64,000 nucleotides of DNA from a virus (taxonomy: Duplodnaviria; Caudoviricetes), in IMG/VR virus record IMGVR_UViG_3300048995_000011, positions 1 through 64,000 of that record; one strand, written 5' to 3'. Shown one piece after another: positions 1 to 9,212 of the stretch. Every line of letters starts with the position of its first letter. Position 1 is the first letter of the stretch. The position numbers and the translations under genes were made by a program. Under the pieces are notes generated by a model, which worked only from the letters and a program-made list of their open reading frames with translations, was not told the origin of the DNA and searched no databases.

Positions 1-13
1 GGGCGGCCACCCG

Positions 14-607
14 GTGCCCCGATGCTGCAGCGGCCCGCTCGCCGACGGCACCCACGCGGTCAACTGCTGGCAGCGATGCCAGGACTGCGAAGGCGACGCG
101 GCGGGGCCGCGACGCTGCCGCTGCAACGACACTGCGACCGAGGACCCGAAGCCCCGAGTCTGGGTTCACCGCGCCGTGGACAACCCGCCGCGCATTAGCC
201 CTCGCGAGGCGGCCGAGACGGGCGTAAGGCTACGCAACGACACAGGCCACATCTGGCACTGCCGGGACGGCGCCTGGCAGCTCGAAGGCAAGCAGGCCGA
301 ACAGCACGGTCGAGACACCCGCTGGGGGTTCTGGGGCCTACTGGAGCACTGCGGGCGCCTAACCGAGGTTCCGCCGCCACCCGACCCGATGAGCGCCGGG
401 ACGCCGCTGCGTGAGCGGCACCGCCTCGCCCGCAACGTCAAGAAGGGCATGGAAGTCCAGACGAGCGCGGGTGACTGGGTCGAGGTCATCGACGCCGTGC
501 ACATCTCCGCGCCGCTCTCGGTGAGTCGACTCGACCTCGCCGATGGCACTGCGGTCGCGGTGCACCCCACCACGAAGATCATGAGCCGCCGGAACGGTGC
601 GCGATGA
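14..607 (+). CDS. hypothetical phage protein
   Basis: 197-aa ORF whose stop overlaps the next start (ATGA at 604-607); true start uncertain. Confidence 0.5.
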   Translation: MPRCCSGPLADGTHAVNCWQRCQDCEGDAAGPRRCRCNDTATEDPKPRVWVHRAVDNPPRISPREAAETGVRLRNDTGHIWHCRDGAWQLEGKQAEQHGRDTRWGFWGLLEHCGRLTEVPPPPDPMSAGTPLRERHRLARNVKKGMEVQTSAGDWVEVIDAVHISAPLSVSRLDLADGTAVAVHPTTKIMSRRNGAR

Positions 608-831
608 CCGATCCTCGCGTGTTCGCGCCGGAAGGCCCGGAACCTCCACAGCCTGTGGAGGTGTTGCAGGACTCTGCTGGCCCGGAGTGGCTGGTGAGGG
701 CCGGGAAGTCGTGGACGTGGTCCCGGTTCCCGTACCCGCAGTTGCATGACGGCACCCCATGGGCGCCGTGCGCATCCCGCGCGTTTGGGGTATTGGTGGA
801 GTTCGTTCCCGCCCTGGCAGGCGCAAGATGA
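604..831 (+). CDS. hypothetical protein
   Basis: ATGA-coupled to genes on both sides. Confidence 0.6.
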   Translation: MTDPRVFAPEGPEPPQPVEVLQDSAGPEWLVRAGKSWTWSRFPYPQLHDGTPWAPCASRAFGVLVEFVPALAGAR

Positions 832-1106
832 CCGCGCGCCGGCTGGGTTTCGCGAACGGCCTCCTCTGCGCCGTCCTCCCCGCCCTCGCTGCCGCGATCG
901 TGTTCGGTGGCCCCGCCCCACACCTCACCCTCACCCCGATCCCTATCCCGGGTGCCGCGACGGCGGGGGAGACGTGCGTACGGGATGACGACCTGTTCGA
1001 CTTTTGCGCCGGAGTGGACGCCACCCAGGTGAACGACCTGCGCGACCCCGGGCACGACTTCACTTTGGACCCCGCCACCGGCGAGGTCTCCCTTCTCGAG
1101 CCGTAA
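828..1106 (+). CDS. hypothetical membrane/secreted protein
   Basis: ATG at 828 overlaps the upstream stop; hydrophobic N-terminus (GFANGLLCAVLPALAAAIVFGG). Confidence 0.6.
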   Translation: MTARRLGFANGLLCAVLPALAAAIVFGGPAPHLTLTPIPIPGAATAGETCVRDDDLFDFCAGVDATQVNDLRDPGHDFTLDPATGEVSLLEP

Positions 1107-1125
1107 ACCACCAGACAGGAGCACC

Positions 1126-1569
1126 ATGACAGTCAAGATCGACGGCCCCAAGGCCATCCAGCTTCTGCGAGATGTTGTGCGGGGCCGAGAGGACCACATC
1201 GACGAGAACTCCCGCACGGGGTCGTGCGCGTACGGGTCCATGGGTGATGACTCCAACCCCATCCCGGGTTGCATCGTCGGCCACGCGGTGCACGCTGCGG
1301 GTCTGCCTATGCGGGTTTTGGACCTGATGGACTCACTGGGCTCCGTGACTTCCGTCTACGACGCTCTCGAAGAGTTCAAGAGCGGCGCGGTAGAGGACCC
1401 GGAGATTGTGAACGAGGCGACCGAACTCGGCGCCGAGTTAGAGCTGACCACCACCGCGGCGGGCATCTTTCGCTCGGCTCAGGACGTCCAGGACCACGTT
1501 GGAACGTGGGGCGAAGCTCTCGCCGCTGCCGAGAAGCGATTCGACCGTATCTACAACACCGAGGAGTAG
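1126..1569 (+). CDS. hypothetical protein
   Basis: AGGAG RBS before ATG; 147 aa; PGCIVGHA motif. Confidence 0.7.
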   Translation: MTVKIDGPKAIQLLRDVVRGREDHIDENSRTGSCAYGSMGDDSNPIPGCIVGHAVHAAGLPMRVLDLMDSLGSVTSVYDALEEFKSGAVEDPEIVNEATELGAELELTTTAAGIFRSAQDVQDHVGTWGEALAAAEKRFDRIYNTEE

Positions 1570-1941
1570 AGGCATGGCAAAGATCCCACAGCACAAGATC
1601 GAGGCCAAGTGCTCCGCCGATGCCACCGGGTGACACGTGCCAGCACTGGATCAGAGTGGACGGATGCCCGTCCCGCAGGGGTACCGACGGCGCGGAGTGT
1701 GAGCGTGAGCGGGGCCACGACGAGGACCACCGGATGACCGTCTGGGCGCCATGGCGCTACCTCGACTCCGACACTGGGGAGTGGGTCATCGAAACGGCTC
1801 CCTCGTACCCCGAGTTTTGGACTGACGAGCAGGAGGAGAAGACCGCATGAGTCAGGACCTGTTGCGAGAGAAGCGGCGCCGCGCGGGGCAGCAGCACCTA
1901 CAGCGGTCGGCCGGCAAGGCGACCGCGAGAGGAGCGAAAGC

Positions 1942-2145
1942 GTGATGGCCGATTCCATCAAGCTCGTTGCGGGGGCCGTCGTCGGCGTGCTCATCGGCGC
2001 CACGGCCGCCCTGGCGGTGTCTGCACCGGCTACCCAGCCGATCCAGGCCCCGCCCACTTCCCAGCCCGCGGTGTCTACCTCGGTGAACACGTCGTACACG
2101 GTGTGGATGGATGGCTACCTGGGCACGTTGCAGGGGCGACGATGA
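1942..2145 (+). CDS. small membrane protein
   Basis: single hydrophobic helix; GAGGAG RBS. Confidence 0.55.
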   Translation: MMADSIKLVAGAVVGVLIGATAALAVSAPATQPIQAPPTSQPAVSTSVNTSYTVWMDGYLGTLQGRR

Positions 2146-2534
2146 ACTGGCAAGAGCTCATGGCCAAAGTCCTCGTTCAGGACAACGTCATCGCAGCATC
2201 CACAGGATGTGCGCTCTACGGCAACATCCACGCCGGGCGGGTCAACGTCATACCCGGCCTGACCGCTTACAGCATGAGCCCTCTCTGCGTCCGCTACGTC
2301 AAGGCAAACGGTGAGGAGCTCGCGCCACACCGGAACGGCTGCTACCCGTCGTTGACTCGCGGCTTCCCCTATTCCTTCGCGGATCTGCGGGACGGCCGTA
2401 AAGACGCCGGGAGGTTGTGCAAGTACTGCGTGACCGTGTTCGACGCAGACCAGGCAGGCATGCCAGTTCAGGACTATGTGCTCCTGTCCCAGGAAGTCAA
2501 CCGCGCCATGAAGACAAAGGGCGGTGCTCAATGA
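2142..2534 (+). CDS. hypothetical Cys-containing protein
   Basis: ATGA overlap; LCKYC motif. Confidence 0.55.
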   Translation: MNWQELMAKVLVQDNVIAASTGCALYGNIHAGRVNVIPGLTAYSMSPLCVRYVKANGEELAPHRNGCYPSLTRGFPYSFADLRDGRKDAGRLCKYCVTVFDADQAGMPVQDYVLLSQEVNRAMKTKGGAQ

Positions 2535-2770
2535 CCGAGTACGCCCACCACCATCCCGTGCGTGTCTCCACCGAGGGTGCGATCGCTATCCGCAACGGCC
2601 GCTTCGGGGGTGAGAGTCGCCCGTGGACGGTGATGGACCTGGCTCAACGCCACGGCGCCAGCCACTCGTTCGAGGGCCAGGCCTTGTCGGACACGCAGGT
2701 GGCGAACTGGGTGCAGCTTGTCGCTGGCCCCGTGTTGGTTGTGTCTACCGACCTGCCGGCGGTGGCGTAA
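2531..2770 (+). CDS. hypothetical protein
   Basis: translationally coupled on both sides. Confidence 0.55.
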   Translation: MTEYAHHHPVRVSTEGAIAIRNGRFGGESRPWTVMDLAQRHGASHSFEGQALSDTQVANWVQLVAGPVLVVSTDLPAVA

Positions 2771-3018
2771 TGGAGTCCCGCGGCGAGTCCCTTGCCCACG
2801 AGGAGCGGCACACCCGTACTTGTCGTGAGATGTACGCCTTGGGCTATCTGCATGCCCTGTCCGATGTGCGCCACCGCTTGGCGGGTGGGTCGAGGGTGTG
2901 TGCCGAACGGGAGTTTGTGGAGGCGTATGCGGAGTCGGATGTGCCGCCGAGCGGGTTGCATGCGCTGTGGGCGGAGCACGCCTACATCCCGCCCGCCGCT
3001 GGGGAGGTGGCGGCGTGA
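2770..3018 (+). CDS. hypothetical protein
   Basis: TAATG overlap at 2768-2772. Confidence 0.5.
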   Translation: MESRGESLAHEERHTRTCREMYALGYLHALSDVRHRLAGGSRVCAEREFVEAYAESDVPPSGLHALWAEHAYIPPAAGEVAA

Positions 3019-3124
3019 GGCGCCTGTTCGACGCTGCCCTGTGGCGTGTCCTCTCCAGTGTGGAGTGGACCGTCAAGCGGGTGTGGCAAGCCAAAGTTGA
3101 CTACACGAGGAAGAGAGCGAACCG

Positions 3125-3727
3125 ATGATCAACCCCAAGCCCAAGTCCGGCGACTGGGTACGCGGCTACTCCGGCCCCGTCTTCGGGTGGCTCGAGGGCG
3201 AGCTGCTCGAACGTGACCCGGCGGACAGGCCGAGTTGGTTCGAGTCCCTGCGCGTGCCCGGGGAGCACACGCCCTACCTGGTCCAACGGAGCACCGTCGT
3301 CCCGGCCGAGCGGCCCGATGCGGCACCCGCTCAGCGTGCCGACTCCAGCGAGATGACGGCCCGTCAGGCGGCCGCCCACCTGCGTGACGTGGGCAGGTTC
3401 ATCACCGAACGGCTCACCAACCCCAGCGACCCCGGCCAGCCGATCTGGCAGATCGCCCCCGTGTACCTCGCTGGTCTCGCACAGGAGATCGAAGCCGCCG
3501 AACAGGCGCCGAACGTGCGCTACTACCGGCGCGAGTCCGGGGCGGTCGGCATATGGGCGTACTACCGCCAGCGCGGCGCGGAGCGGCTCGAGATCTGGCA
3601 CGCCCCGCACAGCAAGTGGGATGCGGCGGCGACCTGCGATATAGAGGGCCTTCGCAAGCTGCGGAGGGGCGCCGTAGTGATCGAAGAGATCGCCGTCGAC
3701 CAGCTGCCTGAGGAGGTGACCCGATGA
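3125..3727 (+). CDS. hypothetical protein; C-terminal domain paralogous to 3724-3972
   Basis: 200-aa ORF, coupled stop/start; shares YYRR...YYRQR...WHA with the next gene. Confidence 0.65.
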   Translation: MINPKPKSGDWVRGYSGPVFGWLEGELLERDPADRPSWFESLRVPGEHTPYLVQRSTVVPAERPDAAPAQRADSSEMTARQAAAHLRDVGRFITERLTNPSDPGQPIWQIAPVYLAGLAQEIEAAEQAPNVRYYRRESGAVGIWAYYRQRGAERLEIWHAPHSKWDAAATCDIEGLRKLRRGAVVIEEIAVDQLPEEVTR

Positions 3728-3972
3728 AGGGCGACCAGCCATCTGAGGTCGACCGCGCACCGAAGGCGCGCTACTACCGGCGAACGATCGGGACGCCAGC
3801 GGGGCACATGTACTACCGCCAGCGTGCCGGTGAGCCATTCGAGCGCTGGCATGCCCGGTCTCGCGGATGGACAAATTCCACGGCCAGTGACATAGCCGAT
3901 CTCCGCGAGATGTGGACCGGCAAGGTCGAGGAGATCACCGCCGCCGAGCTGCCCGCGGGGGTGTCCCGGTGA
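3724..3972 (+). CDS. hypothetical protein
   Basis: GAGGAGG RBS, ATGA overlap. Confidence 0.65.
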   Translation: MKGDQPSEVDRAPKARYYRRTIGTPAGHMYYRQRAGEPFERWHARSRGWTNSTASDIADLREMWTGKVEEITAAELPAGVSR

Positions 3973-4526
3973 TGCGTGACGAAACGCTCCGCGCCGAACT
4001 GGCCAACGCGCTGCACGAAGACTGGTGCGGCTGCGACTCGTGGGACGGCGCGAACTGCGACGCCTTCGACGAGGGGGAGTTCCAGGGGCAGGCAGACGCC
4101 GTGATGCCCATCCTCGCCCGCGCCGGGCGAGCTGAGGCCGATCTCGCCCAGGCTCGCCGTGAGCTGGCAGCAGCACGGCAGGCGAATCCAGCCCGTCACG
4201 CAGGCCACGCCCAGCGGGACCGGAGCATCGCGGACGCACTCACTGTGCTCCGTGACGATGCTCGCATGAGCGCACGCATCGAGCTCGACCACTTCACCCG
4301 CACCAAGCCGATGAACCGCGCCGCCCACGTGATGGCAGACGTGGTCCGTGCCCTACTTGACTGGTGCGACCTGACGGAGGAAGGCACCCGGGTGTGGCTG
4401 AAGACCCACAATCCGGACTGCGAGTGCGAGGTTGGCGAGACGACCTTGGAGATGGTCAGCATGGCCCGCTCGGTCATCGAGAAGGCGATCCCCGCCAGCG
4501 AGCTAACCGAGGAGGTGGACCGATGA
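3972..4526 (+). CDS. hypothetical protein with a coiled-coil segment
   Basis: coupled start; heptad-like AEADLAQARRELAAA. Confidence 0.6.
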   Translation: MRDETLRAELANALHEDWCGCDSWDGANCDAFDEGEFQGQADAVMPILARAGRAEADLAQARRELAAARQANPARHAGHAQRDRSIADALTVLRDDARMSARIELDHFTRTKPMNRAAHVMADVVRALLDWCDLTEEGTRVWLKTHNPDCECEVGETTLEMVSMARSVIEKAIPASELTEEVDR

Positions 4527-4843
4527 GCGGGAGGCTGCCCAAGGGGGGCCGGGTTCCCCCGCACGAGCACGAGTTCGGCGGCTGGTTGCCGTGCGACATG
4601 GGGCGCAAACAGTTCCGGGTGTGCCTGTCGGCGGACTGTGACTATGTGGATCCGGCGCGGCCGATCGAGTCGGAGGTGGCTCGCGACAATGCCGGGCTGA
4701 TTGAGTTCGGGCGACGGTTCATGGGTCAGGTTGAGGCCGATGTGGACGAGGCGCTGGAGCGCTACTACGCCCGGCCCGCGTGGCAGCGTGCCGCGATCCG
4801 CCAGTGGGAGCGTATCCGGATCTGGGGAGGGTGGAGGCGATGA
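4523..4843 (+). CDS. hypothetical protein
   Basis: GAGGAGG RBS, ATGA overlap. Confidence 0.55.
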   Translation: MSGRLPKGGRVPPHEHEFGGWLPCDMGRKQFRVCLSADCDYVDPARPIESEVARDNAGLIEFGRRFMGQVEADVDEALERYYARPAWQRAAIRQWERIRIWGGWRR

Positions 4844-4883
4844 CCGATCCGATCCCTGCCCCCGTGTCCAACGGGGACGAGCC

Positions 4884-5210
4884 GTGACTGCGCCGGCGAC
4901 TGTGCGGGCGGTACCCACCCACTGCCTCCGTTGCTCCCGCCCGATGGTGCCGTACCGCCAAGCCAAGCCTGGGGAGCTTCGGTACAGCGCCCGCGGGTTG
5001 TGCGTCAACTGCCGGCCCCGGTGTGACCGTGACGGCACCCTCGCCGACTACGAGCGAACGAACCGGTCGTTGGCTGACTCGTGGGATGCGGTGCGCGTGC
5101 TCAAGGCCCGCGGGTTGTCGCGCGCGGAGATCGCCGAGGCACTGCACATCAAGCCGAAGTCGGTGACACAGATCGTGTACCGGCACAGATCCCGGGGTGG
5201 CGACCGGTGA
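4884..5210 (+). CDS. zinc-finger plus helix-turn-helix DNA-binding protein
   Basis: CLRC...ARGLCVNC followed by GLSRAEIAEALHIKPKSVTQIVYR (HTH). Confidence 0.65.
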   Translation: MTAPATVRAVPTHCLRCSRPMVPYRQAKPGELRYSARGLCVNCRPRCDRDGTLADYERTNRSLADSWDAVRVLKARGLSRAEIAEALHIKPKSVTQIVYRHRSRGGDR

Positions 5211-5357
5211 TGGGCTTCCTCTTCCGTGTCCACGGCTGGGTCACGCGCTGCGTTCACCATGCCCGCCGTAGGGCCGCGCAGGTGCGGTCTACGCAGAGAC
5301 TCGAAGGGCGGAGACGGAGATGAGCCGTGAGTGCGTCAAGGGAAGGCTGGGGGGTAA

Positions 5358-6074
5358 GTGGTGAGCGCACCTGAGTGGGGAGTACTTCTGAGTGGGGTCG
5401 TGGGTTCTCAAGCCTACGGCCTCGCCGGACCCGAGTCGGACACAGACATCCTCGTCGTGGCGGCGGCGCCCACTGTGGAGTTCCACGGGCTCCGCCCGCC
5501 GACGGGCAAGGCTGCGTCCCGGGTCTTGCAGAACCCGGACATCACGACCCACGAGGCCGGGAAGTTCCTCGGACTGGCCCTGTCCTGCAACCCGACGATC
5601 ACTGAGCTGCTGTGGCTGCCGGCGGACGGGTACATCACCACCGAGCCGCTGGGCCGTGAGCTGGTCGAGATCCGACAGCGGCTGCTGAGCGCTCGCCGGG
5701 TGCGGGATGCGTACCTCGGGTACGCCACCCAGCAGTTCAAGCGCCTGTGCGACCGCGGAACGTCGTTCTCCTCGGACACGAGGAATCGCACGGAGAAGCA
5801 CGCACGGCATCTGCTGCGTTTGGTCCACTCCGGGCTGTCGCTGCACCTGACCGGCACGCTGGAGGTCCGGCTCTCGGACCCGGACCGGTACCGGGAGTTC
5901 GGTCGGATCGTTGCCACGGACCGGGAACGCGGGCTACAGCTCGCCGAAGCGGCCATCTCCACCACAGCGGACGCCATGGATTCCAGTCCGTCCGTGCTGT
6001 CCGACCACGCAGACGAGGAAGCGGCCGAGCAGTGGCTCCGCCGTGTCCGACGAGAGTTTCTGGAGGACAAGTGA
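5358..6074 (+). CDS. DNA polymerase beta-superfamily nucleotidyltransferase (PF10127/RlaP-like)
   Basis: GSQAYGLAGPESDTD signature; later KHARHLLRL motif. Confidence 0.85.
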   Translation: MVSAPEWGVLLSGVVGSQAYGLAGPESDTDILVVAAAPTVEFHGLRPPTGKAASRVLQNPDITTHEAGKFLGLALSCNPTITELLWLPADGYITTEPLGRELVEIRQRLLSARRVRDAYLGYATQQFKRLCDRGTSFSSDTRNRTEKHARHLLRLVHSGLSLHLTGTLEVRLSDPDRYREFGRIVATDRERGLQLAEAAISTTADAMDSSPSVLSDHADEEAAEQWLRRVRREFLEDK

Positions 6075-6412
6075 CCGACGAAGAGATCGATGCCGCGATA
6101 GAGCGGGCCGCGGAGCTGTTCCCCCCGAGGCTGGCTTACATGCTGGAGGATGCCCTCCTCGACGACTACTGGAAGCCCGGGTTTCGCGCCGAGGTCGCCG
6201 ACGAGATTCTGGCCATGTCCGATCGTTCCACTGCTATCGCCGACGAGTTGGACCGTCTCGCTCGTGAGCTGAAGAAGCCCGTGGACAAGATGATCGAGCA
6301 GGCTGAGTACGAGGACGCCCACGACGGTCATGCGATGCGTGGCGAGGCGTACGGGCGGGACTTCGCCGCTGAAGAGTTGAAGCGTCGCGCGACCGAACTG
6401 CGAGGCAAGTGA
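6071..6412 (+). CDS. hypothetical protein
   Basis: GTGA overlap; helical acidic ORF. Confidence 0.6.
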   Translation: MTDEEIDAAIERAAELFPPRLAYMLEDALLDDYWKPGFRAEVADEILAMSDRSTAIADELDRLARELKKPVDKMIEQAEYEDAHDGHAMRGEAYGRDFAAEELKRRATELRGK

Positions 6413-6516
6413 TGGCCGCCGAGTTCGTGGCGACCACGGCCGCGTGCGCCAGACGAACAGACGGAGGCCGCGATCAAGCGGTCCTGGATACCAGATCTAC
6501 GAGAAGGGGCAACTCG

Positions 6517-6789
6517 ATGAGTGACGTGTGTTTCTGGTACGCGGACGACAGTGGCCGCGTGGAGGATCATTTCCCCTCCGCCGGGCAGGCCGAGGATGGC
6601 CTGAGGGGCGAGGCCCTGGAGGCGTCTGGTGCCCGTCTGGTGAAGGGTGAGGAGCCCTGCCTGGTTGTGGAGTGTCGTTCCCCGCGGTGTCTGGTGGAGA
6701 CCCATCTGCAGCCGGGGGACGAACCGCTGTGTGCGGGGTGCGGTGAGGCGTTGATCCCTGAGGCGGAGATCCTGGTGACCCGTCCATGA
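6517..6789 (+). CDS. hypothetical zinc-ribbon protein
   Basis: CRSPRC...CAGC; GAAGGGG RBS. Confidence 0.55.
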   Translation: MSDVCFWYADDSGRVEDHFPSAGQAEDGLRGEALEASGARLVKGEEPCLVVECRSPRCLVETHLQPGDEPLCAGCGEALIPEAEILVTRP

Positions 6790-6877
6790 CTGCAGCCAGA
6801 GAGACCGAGGACGGCCCCACGTGCCGCCCGGGAGTGAAGCCCCCCACCAGGTCAAGGCTCGTCGGCGGGGAGTCGTG

Positions 6878-7198
6878 ATGACCTCCATGTCAGAGGCCCA
6901 GTGGCAACAGCGCGTCATGGATACGGCCGCCCTGCTCGGCTACCGCGCCGCACACTTCCGCCCCGCACAGGCTCGCTCAGGGCGCTGGGCGACACCAATG
7001 CAGGGTGACCGCGGGTTCCCTGATCTCGTCTTGGCAAAGTCGGGACGGCTACTGGTGGTGGAGTTGAAGTCCGATACGGGGAGGCTCGGCCCTGGGCAGC
7101 GGGAGTGGCTGGACGAGCTGGGGGAGCACGGAAGGTTATGGCGTCCTCGCGATTGGTCTGAGGTGTTGGCCGAGCTGAAAGAGCAGCGGGCGGCGTGA
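6878..7198 (+). CDS. VRR-NUC domain (PD-(D/E)XK) nuclease, probable Holliday junction resolvase
   Basis: GFPDLVL...VVELKSDTGRL..GQREWL motif. Confidence 0.85.
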   Translation: MTSMSEAQWQQRVMDTAALLGYRAAHFRPAQARSGRWATPMQGDRGFPDLVLAKSGRLLVVELKSDTGRLGPGQREWLDELGEHGRLWRPRDWSEVLAELKEQRAA

Positions 7199-7259
7199 CC
7201 AGGCAGGGGTGTCAGCGGCGGTTGTGGCTTGAGGTTGAGGTCACTGTGGAGCGGGCGGC

Positions 7260-7454
7260 CTAGTCCTCGTGGATGGTGCGGCCGTGGTCCTTGGCCCAGC
7301 GGTGGACATCTTCGGCGCGCCAGATGTTGCCGATGGCGAGTCTTTCGACTGGTTCGGGGAAGTCGTCGCGTTTGACGAGTTCGTTGACGCGTTGGCGGGA
7401 TATGCCTCCGAGCATCTCTCGGATCTCGACGGTGCTGACGAATTCGCGGGGCAT
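7260..7454 (-). CDS. AlpA/excisionase-like HTH regulator
   Basis: EIREMLGGISRQRVNELVKRDDFPEPV..L..G.IW AlpA pattern. Confidence 0.8.
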   Translation of the reverse strand: MPREFVSTVEIREMLGGISRQRVNELVKRDDFPEPVERLAIGNIWRAEDVHRWAKDHGRTIHED

Positions 7455-7460
7455 GGAATG

Positions 7461-7503
7461 AGTGTACTTGACGCTAGACAGGTTGACGAGCGTCAAGTAT
7501 GAT
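7461..7503. promoter_or_regulatory. divergent promoter region with an 11-bp inverted repeat (operator)
   Basis: TACTTGACGCT (7465-7475) / AGCGTCAAGTA (7489-7499); rightward TAGACA-N17-TATGAT (7475-7503); leftward -10 TACACT (7466-7461) just upstream of the ATG at 7454. Confidence 0.7.
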
Positions 7504-7576
7504 GAACCTATGCCCGCTGACGGGGGCAGCAGGCCCCCATCTCCCGGCAAAACGCTAAAACTGGAGGACATCCGAC

Positions 7577-7870
7577 ATGGGTGCCAAGCAGATTACCAAC
7601 GACATCACCTGGTTTCTCGAAGACAGCGGGCTCACCAGCCACCCCGACTTCAAGGTCACCACCGGCCTCATTGGCGGCAGCACCGAAGGAACGTGGCGCA
7701 CACGGGTCTGGGGCGTCAACGCCGACCTCGCATGCGCTGCTCTGGCCGAGTACCTGTCGCACAGAGACGGGTCGACCTTCGGCAGTCAGGTAGCCAGCAA
7801 CGGTCAGGACATCGTGCTGATCACTCAGCCGGTGGCGCTGCGAACTGGCCCCAAGACCCGCCGCCCGTGA
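7577..7870 (+). CDS. hypothetical protein
   Basis: GGAGG RBS; first gene after the TAGACA promoter. Confidence 0.7.
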   Translation: MGAKQITNDITWFLEDSGLTSHPDFKVTTGLIGGSTEGTWRTRVWGVNADLACAALAEYLSHRDGSTFGSQVASNGQDIVLITQPVALRTGPKTRRP

Positions 7871-7925
7871 TCCACCCAGCCCCTCAGTGTGTGGTGTGTG
7901 CCCGGTTCGAATCCGGGAGGGGCAC
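7868..7925 (+). repeat. intergenic element copy 1 with a tRNA T-arm-like hairpin
   Basis: TGATCCACCCAGCCCCTCAG, then CCCGG-TTCGAAT-CCGGG; GCCCCT/AGGGGC outer stem. Confidence 0.6.
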
Positions 7926-7956
7926 GGCAAGCAGAGACAACCGAACGGAGAGGGCA

Positions 7957-8160
7957 ATGAACGAGAAGTTCGAGATCGCACCATACGGCGCCCGCGACGG
8001 AGACTGGGTTTCCGCCCACCTCCCGGACCGGATGGGGACCGTCGTGGTCGGCGAGCTGATGCCTTACGACGATACCCAGGGCGAGCGGGTCCGCGATGCG
8101 AATGGCGCCGTGTGGTGCGTGATCGCGGACTCGGTTCGCGGTCTTCCCGAGCAGTCCTGA
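7957..8160 (+). CDS. hypothetical protein
   Basis: GGAGAGGG RBS; 67 aa. Confidence 0.6.
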   Translation: MNEKFEIAPYGARDGDWVSAHLPDRMGTVVVGELMPYDDTQGERVRDANGAVWCVIADSVRGLPEQS

Positions 8161-8210
8161 TCCACCCCGCCCCTCAGGTGCATTGCCGTGGGTTCGATTC
8201 CCCCGGGCGG
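8158..8210 (+). repeat. intergenic element copy 2 with a T-arm-like hairpin
   Basis: TGATCCACCCCGCCCCTCAG (19/20 identical to copy 1), then GTGGG-TTCGATT-CCCCC; CCGCCC/GGGCGG outer stem. Confidence 0.55.
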
Positions 8211-8246
8211 TACTCAGAAGACGCGCACGAAGGGAAAGGATCCACA

Positions 8247-8675
8247 GTGGACAACACCACCGCCACCATCGGACACCCCAACCGCAAGCTCTTCCGAGTC
8301 CTCGGCACCACCGACGAGGTCACCCGCTGCGACTACTGCGGCCGGACCGAGCTCAAGGGCACCGTGGAGCTGGAGCTTCTCGACGAGGACGGCGGCAGCG
8401 AGGGCACCGTGTTCTACGGCTCTGGCTGCGCGGCGACCGCCGGGAAGCGCACGGTCAAGGACATTCGCGACGAGGCAAAGGCAGCCGACGAGGCAACCCG
8501 CGAGCGCCGCCGCGCCGAGAAGGATGCCCGCTCGGGCGTCTTCACCGCCGCCCGTGACGCGTGGATCGCCGAGAACGTCGGCCCCGATGCGATGGACCTC
8601 CCCCGCAAGTACGGGTTCTCCTCGGTGGTCCGGCTGGTGGACCACTACATCCAAACCACCGGCGACAAGCCCTGA
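8247..8675 (+). CDS. hypothetical zinc-binding protein
   Basis: AAAGGA RBS; CDYCGR...YGSGCA. Confidence 0.65.
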   Translation: MDNTTATIGHPNRKLFRVLGTTDEVTRCDYCGRTELKGTVELELLDEDGGSEGTVFYGSGCAATAGKRTVKDIRDEAKAADEATRERRRAEKDARSGVFTAARDAWIAENVGPDAMDLPRKYGFSSVVRLVDHYIQTTGDKP

Positions 8676-8737
8676 CCAGCCCGTCCCCCGCCACTCGGCG
8701 GGGCAAGGCTAGACCCCCGAGACGACGAGGAGACATC

Positions 8738-9181
8738 ATGACGAAGTTCAAGATCGGCGACCGAGTCCGACACGTCATCCCCAACTACTGGTTATCGGGC
8801 AACCCGACAGGGACGGTCGTGTCGGTGGCGGAGCCGCGTGGCCCGGGCGGACTGGCTCTCTACGGCGTCGAGGTGGACGGAGACACCTTCCCTGAGCCAT
8901 GGAAGCAGAGGGAGAAGGAGCTTGTCGTCGCTCCGGAGACTCAGGAAGTCCCCGATTCCGAGATCTGGTCCATGATCTACGACCTTCGCGGCACTCGTCC
9001 CTGCCGCGCATGCGGTGCCACGGCCCATTGGGCTGTGTGCAACCTGGAGGGCCCAGACTCGGTCCCCGTTGTCCGAGGTTACGCCTGCGGGCGACACCTC
9101 CACAGTGTGCTGGACACCATGGACTGGCACACGGACTGTGTCCAGGTGTACGACCTCAGCGTGCTCGTCCACACCAGCTAA
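8738..9181 (+). CDS. hypothetical protein (SH3-like N-terminus, Cys-rich C-terminus)
   Basis: GAGGAG RBS; FKIGDRVR...GTVV; CRACG...C...CGRH. Confidence 0.65.
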   Translation: MTKFKIGDRVRHVIPNYWLSGNPTGTVVSVAEPRGPGGLALYGVEVDGDTFPEPWKQREKELVVAPETQEVPDSEIWSMIYDLRGTRPCRACGATAHWAVCNLEGPDSVPVVRGYACGRHLHSVLDTMDWHTDCVQVYDLSVLVHTS

Positions 9182-9212
9182 CCATTCGCAACATCGACGA
9201 AGCGAGGAAGAC

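Noticed and set aside
1574-1850. Possible frameshifted gene (20-codon ORF with RBS followed by an out-of-frame Cys/His ORF)
   Set aside because: No homology evidence; an independent ATG at 1620 explains it equally well.
7868-7925. Functional tRNA gene
   Set aside because: No D or anticodon arm (only 16 nt between the stems); kept as a tRNA-like element.
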